A stretch of DNA of 64,000 nt from Calditrichia bacterium (GTDB lineage: Bacteria; Calditrichota; Calditrichia; Calditrichales; J004), in the NCBI GenBank assembly GCA_020635035.1, contig JACKAO010000004.1:286234-350233 (forward strand). Direction: 5' to 3'. Numbering within the stretch: the stretch's first letter is position 1; each line of letters begins with the position of its first letter. Under the pieces are notes generated by a model, which had not been told where the DNA came from, made no database searches, and was given only the letters and a program-made list of their open reading frames with translations. The position numbers and the translations under genes were made by a program. Below, one piece after another: positions 9,271 through 18,098 of the stretch.

Positions 9271-10124
9271 GGAAGTCTCCTTAACTTTAATGTTTTTTGA
9301 ATAATGATATCCAATATTCTGGCAGGAAGAAGTCTTGGCAAAAGCCAATTTTTTATATAATTATTAACAACAGGGTAGTGCACTCTAAAGTTCTTATTGT
9401 TATGAATTTTCCAGATTTTTTCAGCGATCCGGTCAGCTTTCATAAAAGTATTTTCATCGACATTAAATTGTTTTAACGCGCCAGCCCAATCCGTGCTCCC
9501 GTATTTTTTTATGATCAAATCGAACGAGTTCTTTTTCCATATTTCAGATTGTACAGATCCCGGAGCCACAACTAAAACATTTATTCCATAGATAGCTAAT
9601 TCTCTGCGGAGTGCAGCAGATAATGCTTCCAGGGCATGCTTCGAAGCAGCATAAGGACCCAGAAAGGGATAGGAAATTTTACCGGAAACAGAACTTACAT
9701 TTATAATCTTACCAGGTTCAAAAGAGCACGGTTTTTCAGCTCCAAGTAATGGTAAAAATGCCCTGGTAACGTTCATAGTTCCCAAAACATTGGTTGCAAA
9801 TTGTTTTTCCATATCTACGCCCGATATATGCATTAAGGGACCACTGACAGCCACACCGGCGTTGTTGATTAAACAGGCCACTCCGGCACCATTTATTTTT
9901 TGTTTTACAATTTCGGCTGCATGTTTAACAGAATCTTCATCTGTAATATCTAAAATTAACGGATGAAATAGCCCGGATTTGAAAAGCTGTTTTGCAGATT
10001 CAGAGTCTTCAGGTTTTCGAACACTTCCAAAAACAGTATAACCTTTATTAATGAAACGCTTTGTACAAGCAAACCCAATACCGCTTGAAACACCAGTTAT
10101 AACTATGTTGTTTGATCGATTCAT
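9267..10124 (-). CDS. SDR-family short-chain dehydrogenase/reductase
   Basis: TGVSSGIGFA cofactor motif, NNAG, and the YAASK catalytic motif. Confidence 0.85.
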   Translation of the reverse strand: MNRSNNIVITGVSSGIGFACTKRFINKGYTVFGSVRKPEDSESAKQLFKSGLFHPLILDITDEDSVKHAAEIVKQKINGAGVACLINNAGVAVSGPLMHISGVDMEKQFATNVLGTMNVTRAFLPLLGAEKPCSFEPGKIINVSSVSGKISYPFLGPYAASKHALEALSAALRRELAIYGINVLVVAPGSVQSEIWKKNSFDLIIKKYGSTDWAGALKQFNVDENTFMKADRIAEKIWKIHNNKNFRVHYPVVNNYIKNWLLPRLLPARILDIIIQKTLKLRRLP

Positions 10125-10260
10125 TTGTCTTTAAAAAAATGATTTTTTTGTAATCTAATCATAAATAAAATGGCAGAAAACTAATACTGTGTTGTGAGAA
10201 TAGGTAATGTTATCTAAATTTTATTTCATATAAAAGACTGTAATTAACATTAAAAAATAT

Positions 10261-11178
10261 ATGAATATGTCCAATACAACAAAAGCAGTCATACTTACAT
10301 TTTTAGCGATTATTTTTTGGGCAGGTGCTGCCACTGCATTTAAACTGGCCCTGAAGCATTTAAGTCCGCCAAACCTGCTTTTTTATTCCGTACTGATATC
10401 AGCTCTTGCGCTAAGCTTAATAGTGGTATTTAGTGGAAAAGCTTTAAATCTGTTAAAAATGGACAGACAATTTTTTATCCATTCAGCCATAGCCGGGTTT
10501 TTAAATCCATTTCTGTATTATACTATCCTGTTTAAGGCATATGATCTGTTGCCCGGTCAGTTGGCAATGGCATTAAACTATGGCTGGCCGGTAACGCTTA
10601 CTGTTTTAGCAGTTCCGCTTCTTAAGCAACGTTTGACTGTAATTCAGGGGATATCAGTATTTATAAGCTTTACAGGCGCAGTAATTATCGCTACCCGGGG
10701 ATCTTTCATAAGTTTAGCCGGAGTCGATAACACCGGTATTTTTCTGGCATTATCAAGTACCCTGGTATGGGCAATCTATTGGCTTATAAACACAAAGGAC
10801 AAATACGATCCGGTATTAAAACTGATGGTGTCATTTCTTTTTGGATTTGTATACATCTTGGTTTCTCAGGTTGTTTTTGACGAATTGGTTTTCCCTGCAC
10901 AGGAATCCTGGCCTGCTCTTGGCTATATTGGTTTGTTTGAAATGGGAATCACATTTGTGATATGGCTGACTGCTTTAAAAGTAACCCCCAGTGCAGCAAG
11001 GATAAGTAATCTGATATATATAACCCCTTTTTTGTCTCTCCTGGCTCTTTTCTTAATTATTGGAGAGAAAATATTTTTTTCAACTTTTGTGGGACTCGTG
11101 CTAATCGTAAGTGGGATACTTATGCAGGAATTATATTCCAGAAAAAAGAGACTCCCTGACCAAACCATCAGGGAGTAA
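10261..11178 (+). CDS. EamA/DMT-superfamily transporter
   Basis: Ten predicted TM helices arranged as two EamA-like halves, about 300 aa. Confidence 0.75.
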   Translation: MNMSNTTKAVILTFLAIIFWAGAATAFKLALKHLSPPNLLFYSVLISALALSLIVVFSGKALNLLKMDRQFFIHSAIAGFLNPFLYYTILFKAYDLLPGQLAMALNYGWPVTLTVLAVPLLKQRLTVIQGISVFISFTGAVIIATRGSFISLAGVDNTGIFLALSSTLVWAIYWLINTKDKYDPVLKLMVSFLFGFVYILVSQVVFDELVFPAQESWPALGYIGLFEMGITFVIWLTALKVTPSAARISNLIYITPFLSLLALFLIIGEKIFFSTFVGLVLIVSGILMQELYSRKKRLPDQTIRE

Positions 11179-11186
11179 ATTAGTTC

Positions 11187-11867
11187 TTAACGGGAAACTT
11201 CAATTGTTTTAATAATTACAGGATTTAACGGAAGATTGTTTTTGTTTGTTTTTGTTGTTGCAATTTTATCAACAACATCCATTCCCTTAACAACTTCTCC
11301 GAATACAGTGTATTGCCCGTCGAGACTCGGATAATCCTTGTGCACAATAAAAAACTGGGAACCTGCTCCGGCATTCGGATCCGGTGTTCTCGCAGTAGAT
11401 AAAATACCACGTTTATGACTGATTCCATTAAATTCGTTGGGGATATTAACAATGGGGCCGCCCGTTCCATACGAGCTTGTGTTTTTTGTTTTAGTGTTGG
11501 GATCGCCCCCCTGTATCATAAAATCTTTCATTACACGATGAAATTGTGTGTTATCGTAAAATCCGCATTCTGCCCGAGTGATAAAATTAAAACATTGGAT
11601 TGGGGCTTCTTCAGGGAAAAACTTTAAATCTATATTACCCATATTTGTTATGATGCGGGCTTTAACACCGGAAAGTTTTGATGCCAGGAACATAAGTTTG
11701 TCATCACTGGAGCGCATTCGTTCCATGATTGTTTTTTGTTGTGTGATTTGCTCTTTAAGATTGTTTACTTGTTCTTTTAATTGTGAATTTTGTTCAGCCA
11801 ATTCACTATTAGAACATGATATAAAAAACAGTCCGGACATCAGCATTATGAACTTAATAAACTTCAT
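11187..11867 (-). CDS. Cyclophilin-type peptidyl-prolyl cis-trans isomerase, exported
   Basis: FHRVMKDFMIQGGDP and GAGSQFFIV cyclophilin signatures. N-terminal signal/lipobox (FFISCS) plus a coiled-coil linker. Confidence 0.9.
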   Translation of the reverse strand: MKFIKFIMLMSGLFFISCSNSELAEQNSQLKEQVNNLKEQITQQKTIMERMRSSDDKLMFLASKLSGVKARIITNMGNIDLKFFPEEAPIQCFNFITRAECGFYDNTQFHRVMKDFMIQGGDPNTKTKNTSSYGTGGPIVNIPNEFNGISHKRGILSTARTPDPNAGAGSQFFIVHKDYPSLDGQYTVFGEVVKGMDVVDKIATTKTNKNNLPLNPVIIKTIEVSR

Positions 11868-11998
11868 TGCGTTTTCTCCTAATTGTTAAAATTACGGAAG
11901 CGAACTTAAATGAGCCGTTATAATATTGCAACATTAAGTTATTTCAACGTACTAAATTTATGAATATATTTTATAAGCTATTCTGAGTCGGAGATGTT

Positions 11999-12595
11999 AT
12001 GAAATTAACCACGAAAATTGGTTTTCTGATTTTGATAATTACAACGGGATGTGACATCCAAATAAACAAAAACATAAATATTAATGACAATTCATCAATT
12101 AACTCAGATCTTATCGCTGTGAATGGTGATATTCATATTGGAAATGACTGTGAGATACAAGGGGATATTAACACGGTAAACGGTAATATTTATATCGATA
12201 AAAACTGTAATGTTAAGGGTAATGTTTTGTCATTAACCGGATTAATAATTATCAATGACAGTACTGAAATATCTGGAAATGTATCCGGATTAAGCGGACA
12301 GATAAAAACACGGGGTGTTAAAATAACCGGGGATGTTGTAAAAAACTATGGAAATATTTCGGCATTTAATACAAGAGTAGAAGGTTCGATTGTTATAGAA
12401 GAGAATGCAGATATCCCTGAAAAGTTGAGAAAAGTTAAAGTTTCTTTGGGCAAAAACAGTATAATATCGGGTAATTTACAAAACAATAATCGCCAGGTTC
12501 TGGCCCTTGTGTATATCGAACCGGGAAGCGTGGTTAATGGGGAAATGATTGATTTTGATATTTCAGAATCATTGGAAGATTTTCAGAATGAATAG
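11999..12595 (+). CDS. Exported beta-helix-repeat lipoprotein (bactofilin/DUF583-like repeats)
   Basis: Signal with Cys (IITTGC). Reiterated G-D/N-I/V units (NGDIHIGNDCEIQGDINTVNGNIYIDKNCNVKGNV...). The family assignment is tentative. Confidence 0.5.
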   Translation: MKLTTKIGFLILIITTGCDIQINKNININDNSSINSDLIAVNGDIHIGNDCEIQGDINTVNGNIYIDKNCNVKGNVLSLTGLIIINDSTEISGNVSGLSGQIKTRGVKITGDVVKNYGNISAFNTRVEGSIVIEENADIPEKLRKVKVSLGKNSIISGNLQNNNRQVLALVYIEPGSVVNGEMIDFDISESLEDFQNE

Positions 12596-13463
12596 GCTGT
12601 ATCTTTTTTCAGAAAAAAAAACAGACTTTACATTTATTGCCAGTATGATTGGAATAATCTGTCTTTCTGTTTATTTGTTTATCAGCAAATTTGGTGATAA
12701 GAATATTTCTGATTATTTACAACAAACAGGACAGGAGTTGTTGGCTAAAGTAGCCAGCCAGCAACAACGTGAACAACTTCAAGCTTCATACGCGGAGTTG
12801 TTAAAAAAGATAGATAACAAAGAAGTAAATCCTGAAGATGTAAAGTACCTGGCATCGAGTCTGATTAATCTGAAACAACTTCAGCCGACTCTTGATCCCA
12901 AACAAATAGAAATTATTCTTAAAACAACGCTGGACAGTATTAAGTCCAGGGAAAAAAATATTTCTACGATGGATGAAAAAAAATGGTCTGATTTGAAAAA
13001 AAAATTGTCCAATATCACGGGTGTGGAGAATCAACTTAATAAAAACGAATTTAAATATCCTGATGATCAGCTTTCTGGTACAAAAAGTTTCTCTTATGCA
13101 GTTGACGACAGTCTTAATGTATTAGTAAACCAGTCAGTTCAAAAAGTGTTTTCTGTCAGTCAGACAGAGCTTGTGAGAGAATTACAAATGCTTGAAAAAG
13201 ACAATCAAATTAAATTCGATCAGAATTTTAAAATTAATCTTGATAGACATAATGATGAGCTTAGAGTTAAAATATTAAAACTAAATAAAGAAATCGAACA
13301 ACTAAAAAATCATGCTTCTTCCGTTAACGCAAGTGCTGTCATTTTATCAAATCCTGTAAATACGATCAAATCATCAAATTCAATAAATCCGATTAATAAT
13401 GAAGCTTCCGATACAATAACTATTCATGTACCTGAGCCAATTTTACCACCTAAAGCCCCCTAA
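12588..13463 (+). CDS. Hypothetical single-pass membrane coiled-coil protein
   Basis: One TM (FIASMIGIICLSVYLFI) followed by a long K/E/Q-rich helical region. ATG 12588 overlaps the upstream stop by 8 nt. Confidence 0.55.
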   Translation: MNRLYLFSEKKTDFTFIASMIGIICLSVYLFISKFGDKNISDYLQQTGQELLAKVASQQQREQLQASYAELLKKIDNKEVNPEDVKYLASSLINLKQLQPTLDPKQIEIILKTTLDSIKSREKNISTMDEKKWSDLKKKLSNITGVENQLNKNEFKYPDDQLSGTKSFSYAVDDSLNVLVNQSVQKVFSVSQTELVRELQMLEKDNQIKFDQNFKINLDRHNDELRVKILKLNKEIEQLKNHASSVNASAVILSNPVNTIKSSNSINPINNEASDTITIHVPEPILPPKAP

Positions 13464-13722
13464 AAGTAAAATTTGTTTATACTGTTGGGCAAATTTTCGC
13501 AAAAATATAAATTTGTTTAGTGTGTCATAAATCACGCTGTAAAAAAGTCGCCTCATTATATTCTAACAAAAATTTAACACAAGAAGTATCTGAAGTCTGA
13601 AACGCCTTCAATGCTTTAACTGACAAAACAATAAAAATTACATTTTTAATGCAGGTTATTTTTGATAATCTGTGCTATTTATTGTATTAACCTGGCGAAG
13701 CTAGATCAAGAACGGAAAAATC

Positions 13723-14325
13723 ATGCCTAAAAACCTTTTATACCCACTTGTTCTTATTGTACTCGTCTTTGCAGCCAAATCTAATGCTGAACAACTTATT
13801 CCAGGAGACGGAGTCAGACTTACCTTTTATAATATCTCTCAGGAAATAACAGGTGATTATTTCATAGACGAAAATGGTATAATACAATTTCCATATATCG
13901 GATTTATAAATACCAAAGACAAAGATTATCGGGTTATTAAACAACAGGTTGAAGCAAAATATGATTCATTATATCGTGGGGTTGAACTTATCATCGCCCC
14001 ATTGTATAGAATCAGTGTTTTAGGTGAAGTAGGAAATCCGGGAGTTTATTTTACGACTGGTGTAGAAAAAGTGCTGGATGTAATTGCGATGGCAGGCGGT
14101 GAAACGGAAGATTCAGATCTTAACGAAGTTTTGATAAACAGGAATGGTGAAATTATTGTATTTGATGCTGAAGAAAGTTTTGAAAATGAAGTCAATGATT
14201 TCTATTTGAAATCCGGAGACAGAGTTTTTGTAACCCGTAAATGGTGGGTAACAGGACAAAACACAACATTTTTATTTACAGCCGCAGGGTTAATTGTAAC
14301 CATTTATGCTGTATTAAGCCGATAG
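13723..14325 (+). CDS. Polysaccharide export protein (Wza/GumB-like; Poly_export plus SLBB)
   Basis: Signal peptide, PGD...L motif (LIPGDGVRLTF), I...G.V..PG motif (ISVLGEVGNPGVY), and an SLBB-like region (LDVIAMAGG). First gene of the glycan locus. Confidence 0.8.
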   Translation: MPKNLLYPLVLIVLVFAAKSNAEQLIPGDGVRLTFYNISQEITGDYFIDENGIIQFPYIGFINTKDKDYRVIKQQVEAKYDSLYRGVELIIAPLYRISVLGEVGNPGVYFTTGVEKVLDVIAMAGGETEDSDLNEVLINRNGEIIVFDAEESFENEVNDFYLKSGDRVFVTRKWWVTGQNTTFLFTAAGLIVTIYAVLSR

Positions 14326-14347
14326 ATTGAGAAAATTGGAAGTTTAA

Positions 14348-16819
14348 ATGGAAAAACAGCTCGATTTTAATTTAAATGATATCATAAATACAATAAATCG
14401 CAGGAAGATAGTCTTGATTTCTTTTGTTGCGGTTATTGTATTATTTACAGGTATTTATAGTTTTTTGGTTGATCCTTTATATGAGTCATCTGTGGTTTTG
14501 AAAAAAGAAAGACTTTATAACGATCGAAATCCGGATACTTTTAATCAGATGATAGTATTTCAATCTTCAGATGAAATTGAAAATGAAATAGAAACTGTAA
14601 AATCCAGAACAGTCCTCGAAAGTGTAATTAATGATTTTGCTCTGTTTTTTAATATCCAGGAACTTGATTTAAAAAACACAGATATTCAATTGAAAGACAT
14701 TGGATTATTTGAATATGAAACATATCTTGATTACAAAATATCTAACATTGATGGTAGGTATCCAAAGTTTTCAGCTTTTAATATTAGTCAATATGCAGAA
14801 CCAGGTAGTTTTTATTTAAAAATTGGTGAAAACAAAGAGTTGACTATATATGATGCAACCAATGATTCAAAAGTATTCACTCAGCCTTTTTATCAAAAAT
14901 GGAAAGCAGAATTCAGAGGAATAAAGTTTACAATCGATTGGAAAGGTGCTATTGCAGGAGATAAATTATACTTTGATATTATTCGTCTTCAGAAAGCGCA
15001 AAAAAACTTAAGTGAGAACATATCTGTTGCTAGAATTGGAGCAACAAATCTTTTTAAGATATCCTATCGTTCAAAATCTCCTATAAATGCCCAGAAAATA
15101 GTTAATTCTATAGCAGAAAATTTTCGTTCAAGCAGACTGAATCAAAAGAAACAATCCATACAATATTCCTATAAATTTGTAGATCAGCAATTGCAAGATA
15201 TATCTGTAAAATTAGATAGTGCTGAAACACGTTTAAGTAGTTTTAAAAGCAAGAATAAGATTATTAATATCGATGAGACATCGAATGAAGTTGTGAAGTT
15301 TCTAAGTCAATTGGAAACAGAAAAAATAAAAGCTGAACTGGAGTTAACAGAGTATCAGAATAAAGTTTCTGAAATGAAAGGAGAATTGAAGAAACAAGGA
15401 TATTTTGACCAAACCTACCTCAATCCAAGCAGAACAGGAGATTCAAGAACTCCGTTTGCAGCTCTTCTTGAACAACTCTCTGATCTTGAAATTGAAAAGC
15501 TTCAGTTACTTCAACGCAGAAAAGAAACTCATCCTGATATAGTTTCGATTAACGAGCAAATCAATCAAATACAAAATAAGTTAACTGAATACAATCAAAA
15601 TACGATCACATCATATTCTATAATAATAAATTCTTTAAAGAAAAAAAGGAATGATCTTAACAGCCTTATTGATAAATATGCTGCCAGAATTGGTAACTTA
15701 CCTGCTCAGGAGAGTACTTTACTTAACCTTATGCGGGAAAAGGATGTATATGACAAAATGTTTCAATTACTTCTTGACAAACGTGAAGAATTACGGATGG
15801 CAGAGTTATCTAAAATTCAGGACATTGTTGTTGTAGAGTCAGCTTCTTTGCCAATTGAACCTGTTTCTCCTAAGAAGAAACTAAATATAATGCTTGCAAT
15901 GATACTCGGATCAGTTCTTGGCATGATAACAATTTTCTTTCAGGAGGTCTTTGATAAGAAAATTAATAATGTTGATAGTTTATCCAACTCCTACTCTCTG
16001 CCGGTTCTGGCTATGATCCCAAGATATGAAACTGGTTTATTCGAACAACTAGATAATTCAAATAATATCAAGAATAAACTGGTAACCCTTATGGATGACA
16101 AGCATGAGTTTTTGGAATCATATCGTTTATTAAGAACTCAGGTGTTTAATATTTCGAAAAATATCAAAAAAAATATTTTTATTTTTACCAGTTCGGATGA
16201 AAATACCGGTAAAACAACCATTGTGGCGAATTTAGGAGTTAGCCTGACGCGAAGTGGAAAAAGTGTTTTATTAATAGATTGTGATTTAAAAAAAGCAGGT
16301 CTTTCCAGATTGTTTTCAGTTCCTGCAGACCATTATTCAATATATAACTACCTGACCGATAATAGAAGCACCCCAGTTCTTTTTAAACCAATGAAGAACA
16401 TGGATAAAAAGTTCAATCTTTCTTTGCTGGCAGCTTCGGATTCATACATAGAAGATTCAAGTGAATTGTTAGAAAATGAAAAAATGACAACGCTTTTGCA
16501 GTATGCCGCAAATAAATTTGATTATGTTTTAATAGATACTGCACCAGTTACCCAAGTAGTGGATACTCTTATTCTCAGTAAGTACATACCTAATGTTTTC
16601 TTTATTGTTAAACCCAAACATTCATTTAAAGATGGAATTAAATATGCCTTTGATGTTTTCAAAGAATCATCTATTAATGTAAATGGGTTTATTATCAACG
16701 CATATGATGCCAAGAGTTCGTCATATTACTATAAATATGGTTATGGTTATGGATATGGGTATGGCAAAGAAAATGGTAAAGCAAAGAGTAAAGGGATTTT
16801 TAATGGCAAACTTAACTAA
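14348..16819 (+). CDS. Polysaccharide co-polymerase / BY tyrosine autokinase (Wzc/GumC-type)
   Basis: Two TM helices flank a long coiled-coil Wzz-like periplasmic domain. The C-terminal P-loop domain has Walker A (TSSDENTGKTT), A' (LLIDCDLKK) and B (YVLIDTAPV). A terminal Tyr cluster YYYKYGYGYGYGYG is present. Confidence 0.9.
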   Translation: MEKQLDFNLNDIINTINRRKIVLISFVAVIVLFTGIYSFLVDPLYESSVVLKKERLYNDRNPDTFNQMIVFQSSDEIENEIETVKSRTVLESVINDFALFFNIQELDLKNTDIQLKDIGLFEYETYLDYKISNIDGRYPKFSAFNISQYAEPGSFYLKIGENKELTIYDATNDSKVFTQPFYQKWKAEFRGIKFTIDWKGAIAGDKLYFDIIRLQKAQKNLSENISVARIGATNLFKISYRSKSPINAQKIVNSIAENFRSSRLNQKKQSIQYSYKFVDQQLQDISVKLDSAETRLSSFKSKNKIINIDETSNEVVKFLSQLETEKIKAELELTEYQNKVSEMKGELKKQGYFDQTYLNPSRTGDSRTPFAALLEQLSDLEIEKLQLLQRRKETHPDIVSINEQINQIQNKLTEYNQNTITSYSIIINSLKKKRNDLNSLIDKYAARIGNLPAQESTLLNLMREKDVYDKMFQLLLDKREELRMAELSKIQDIVVVESASLPIEPVSPKKKLNIMLAMILGSVLGMITIFFQEVFDKKINNVDSLSNSYSLPVLAMIPRYETGLFEQLDNSNNIKNKLVTLMDDKHEFLESYRLLRTQVFNISKNIKKNIFIFTSSDENTGKTTIVANLGVSLTRSGKSVLLIDCDLKKAGLSRLFSVPADHYSIYNYLTDNRSTPVLFKPMKNMDKKFNLSLLAASDSYIEDSSELLENEKMTTLLQYAANKFDYVLIDTAPVTQVVDTLILSKYIPNVFFIVKPKHSFKDGIKYAFDVFKESSINVNGFIINAYDAKSSSYYYKYGYGYGYGYGKENGKAKSKGIFNGKLN

Positions 16820-18071
16820 CAATAAGTTTAAAAATATTTATAAAAGATATTTTATTAAAGAAGCGCAAAAATCTCTTGAATGGTTTTCAAAAAAGGAATT
16901 TTACTATCGGGTTGATCTGGAAGTTAAGAGAAGCTATAGAACCGGCTCATCTTTAACCCTGGCACGAATTGAGTTTTTAGATCTCTTAACATCAAAGCTT
17001 AGTGAAATAAATAAGATTCAGGAAACAATTGATTTTATTGCCAGAAATGTAAGAGAGTGTGATATAAAATCATGCACAGAATCAAGGGTGATAGAAATTA
17101 TATTACTTGATACTTCAATAGATGGAGCAAAACAGTTTGCTCAAAAGATGAAAACACTTTTAAAGGATTTCTTTTTTGATGAATTTAATTTCTCAAGAAA
17201 CCTGGTAAACGACGGTGTTAAAATTCAGTTATATCCTTTGAATCAAATTCCGGATGACAAAGATAAAAATTCATCTGAAACTGTCGTTACAAATAAACCA
17301 GTAAATGATTCATCAAATGTCTATGAAAATATGCTTGATGATGAATTGAATGGTATTGAATATAATGGTTCTGCATTAGCAGTTTCCTATTACATACCGG
17401 ATAATCTTATTTACAAAGATATTTACACGTACTTATTTCATTTTTTTAAGAGAATAATTGATATTCTTGGTGCGCTAACAGGTATAATATTATTCTCACC
17501 AATAATGTTCCTTATTGCAGTACTTATAAAACTTGAATCAAAAGGTCCCATAATATTTCGGCAAAAGCGAATTGGCTACAAAGGAAAAGAATTTACGTTC
17601 TTTAAATTCAGATCAATGTCTAACAATAATGATCCAAAAATACATCAACAATATGTTGCTCAATTAATAGATGGTAATCATGAAAATCTGAACCAGGGAG
17701 ATGACACTAAGCCTGTTTATAAAATTACTGCTGATCCGCGTGTTACAAAAATCGGCAAGATACTTCGTGTAACAAGCCTTGATGAGTTACCCCAATTTTT
17801 TAATGTCCTTTTAGGTAACATGAGTCTTGTTGGGCCCAGACCCCCTATAGGATATGAGCTGGAGCATTATCAGAGCTGGCATTTAAGACGGGTTTTAGAA
17901 GTAAAACCAGGTATTACTGGTATTTGGCAGGTTCATGGCCGTAGTCTGACTACTTTTGATGAAATGGTCAGAATGGATCTGTTTTATGTTAAAAATCAAA
18001 GTGTATTTCTAGATATTAAAATCATCATAAAAACAATCACTGCTGTTATTAATTTCAGGGGTGCTTACTAG
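16803..18071 (+). CDS. Initiating polyprenyl-phosphate sugar-phosphate transferase (WbaP/EpsB-like bacterial sugar transferase) with an extra N-terminal domain
   Basis: C-terminal PF02397-like core (KRIIDILGA...IIFRQKRIGYKGKEFTFFKFRSM...DELPQFFNVLLGNMSLVGPRP). Start at ATG 16803 overlaps the Wzc end by 17 nt; the track start at 16683 reads the Tyr-cluster repeat out of frame. The N-terminal ~170 aa look like a degenerate GGDEF domain. Confidence 0.85.
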   Translation: MANLTNNKFKNIYKRYFIKEAQKSLEWFSKKEFYYRVDLEVKRSYRTGSSLTLARIEFLDLLTSKLSEINKIQETIDFIARNVRECDIKSCTESRVIEIILLDTSIDGAKQFAQKMKTLLKDFFFDEFNFSRNLVNDGVKIQLYPLNQIPDDKDKNSSETVVTNKPVNDSSNVYENMLDDELNGIEYNGSALAVSYYIPDNLIYKDIYTYLFHFFKRIIDILGALTGIILFSPIMFLIAVLIKLESKGPIIFRQKRIGYKGKEFTFFKFRSMSNNNDPKIHQQYVAQLIDGNHENLNQGDDTKPVYKITADPRVTKIGKILRVTSLDELPQFFNVLLGNMSLVGPRPPIGYELEHYQSWHLRRVLEVKPGITGIWQVHGRSLTTFDEMVRMDLFYVKNQSVFLDIKIIIKTITAVINFRGAY

Positions 18072-18098
18072 CAGGCAAAATTCAGGGAAGGAAAATCA

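Noticed and set aside
13469-13519. Bacteroidetes-type -7 promoter motif TAnnTTTG upstream of the EPS locus (13508-13515, within a direct repeat AAATTTGTTTA at 13469-13479 and 13509-13519) and upstream of argG (55705-55712, 55732-55739).
   Set aside because: An 8-mer with two free positions is expected by chance in such A/T-rich spacers. The strong SD usage here suggests the lineage may not share the Bacteroidia sigma-A specificity. Noted, but not called as promoters.
16736-16765. The (TAT-GGN)5 tract as a slipped-strand phase-variation repeat.
   Set aside because: The Gly codons differ (ggt, ggt, gga, ggg, ggc), so the DNA repeat is imperfect. A 6-nt unit change would stay in frame, and the tract is the normal BY-kinase Tyr cluster.
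16683-16802. 5' extensions in the ORF track: 16683 for the sugar transferase, 3718 for TauE, 8500-9348, 41267, 44596, 36408, 36080, 48459, 54339 and 56979.
   Set aside because: The extensions overlap the upstream gene or read through repeats out of frame, for example MVMVMDMGM from the YG repeat. Internal ATGs give canonical N-termini, signal peptides, SD sites or ATGA couplings.
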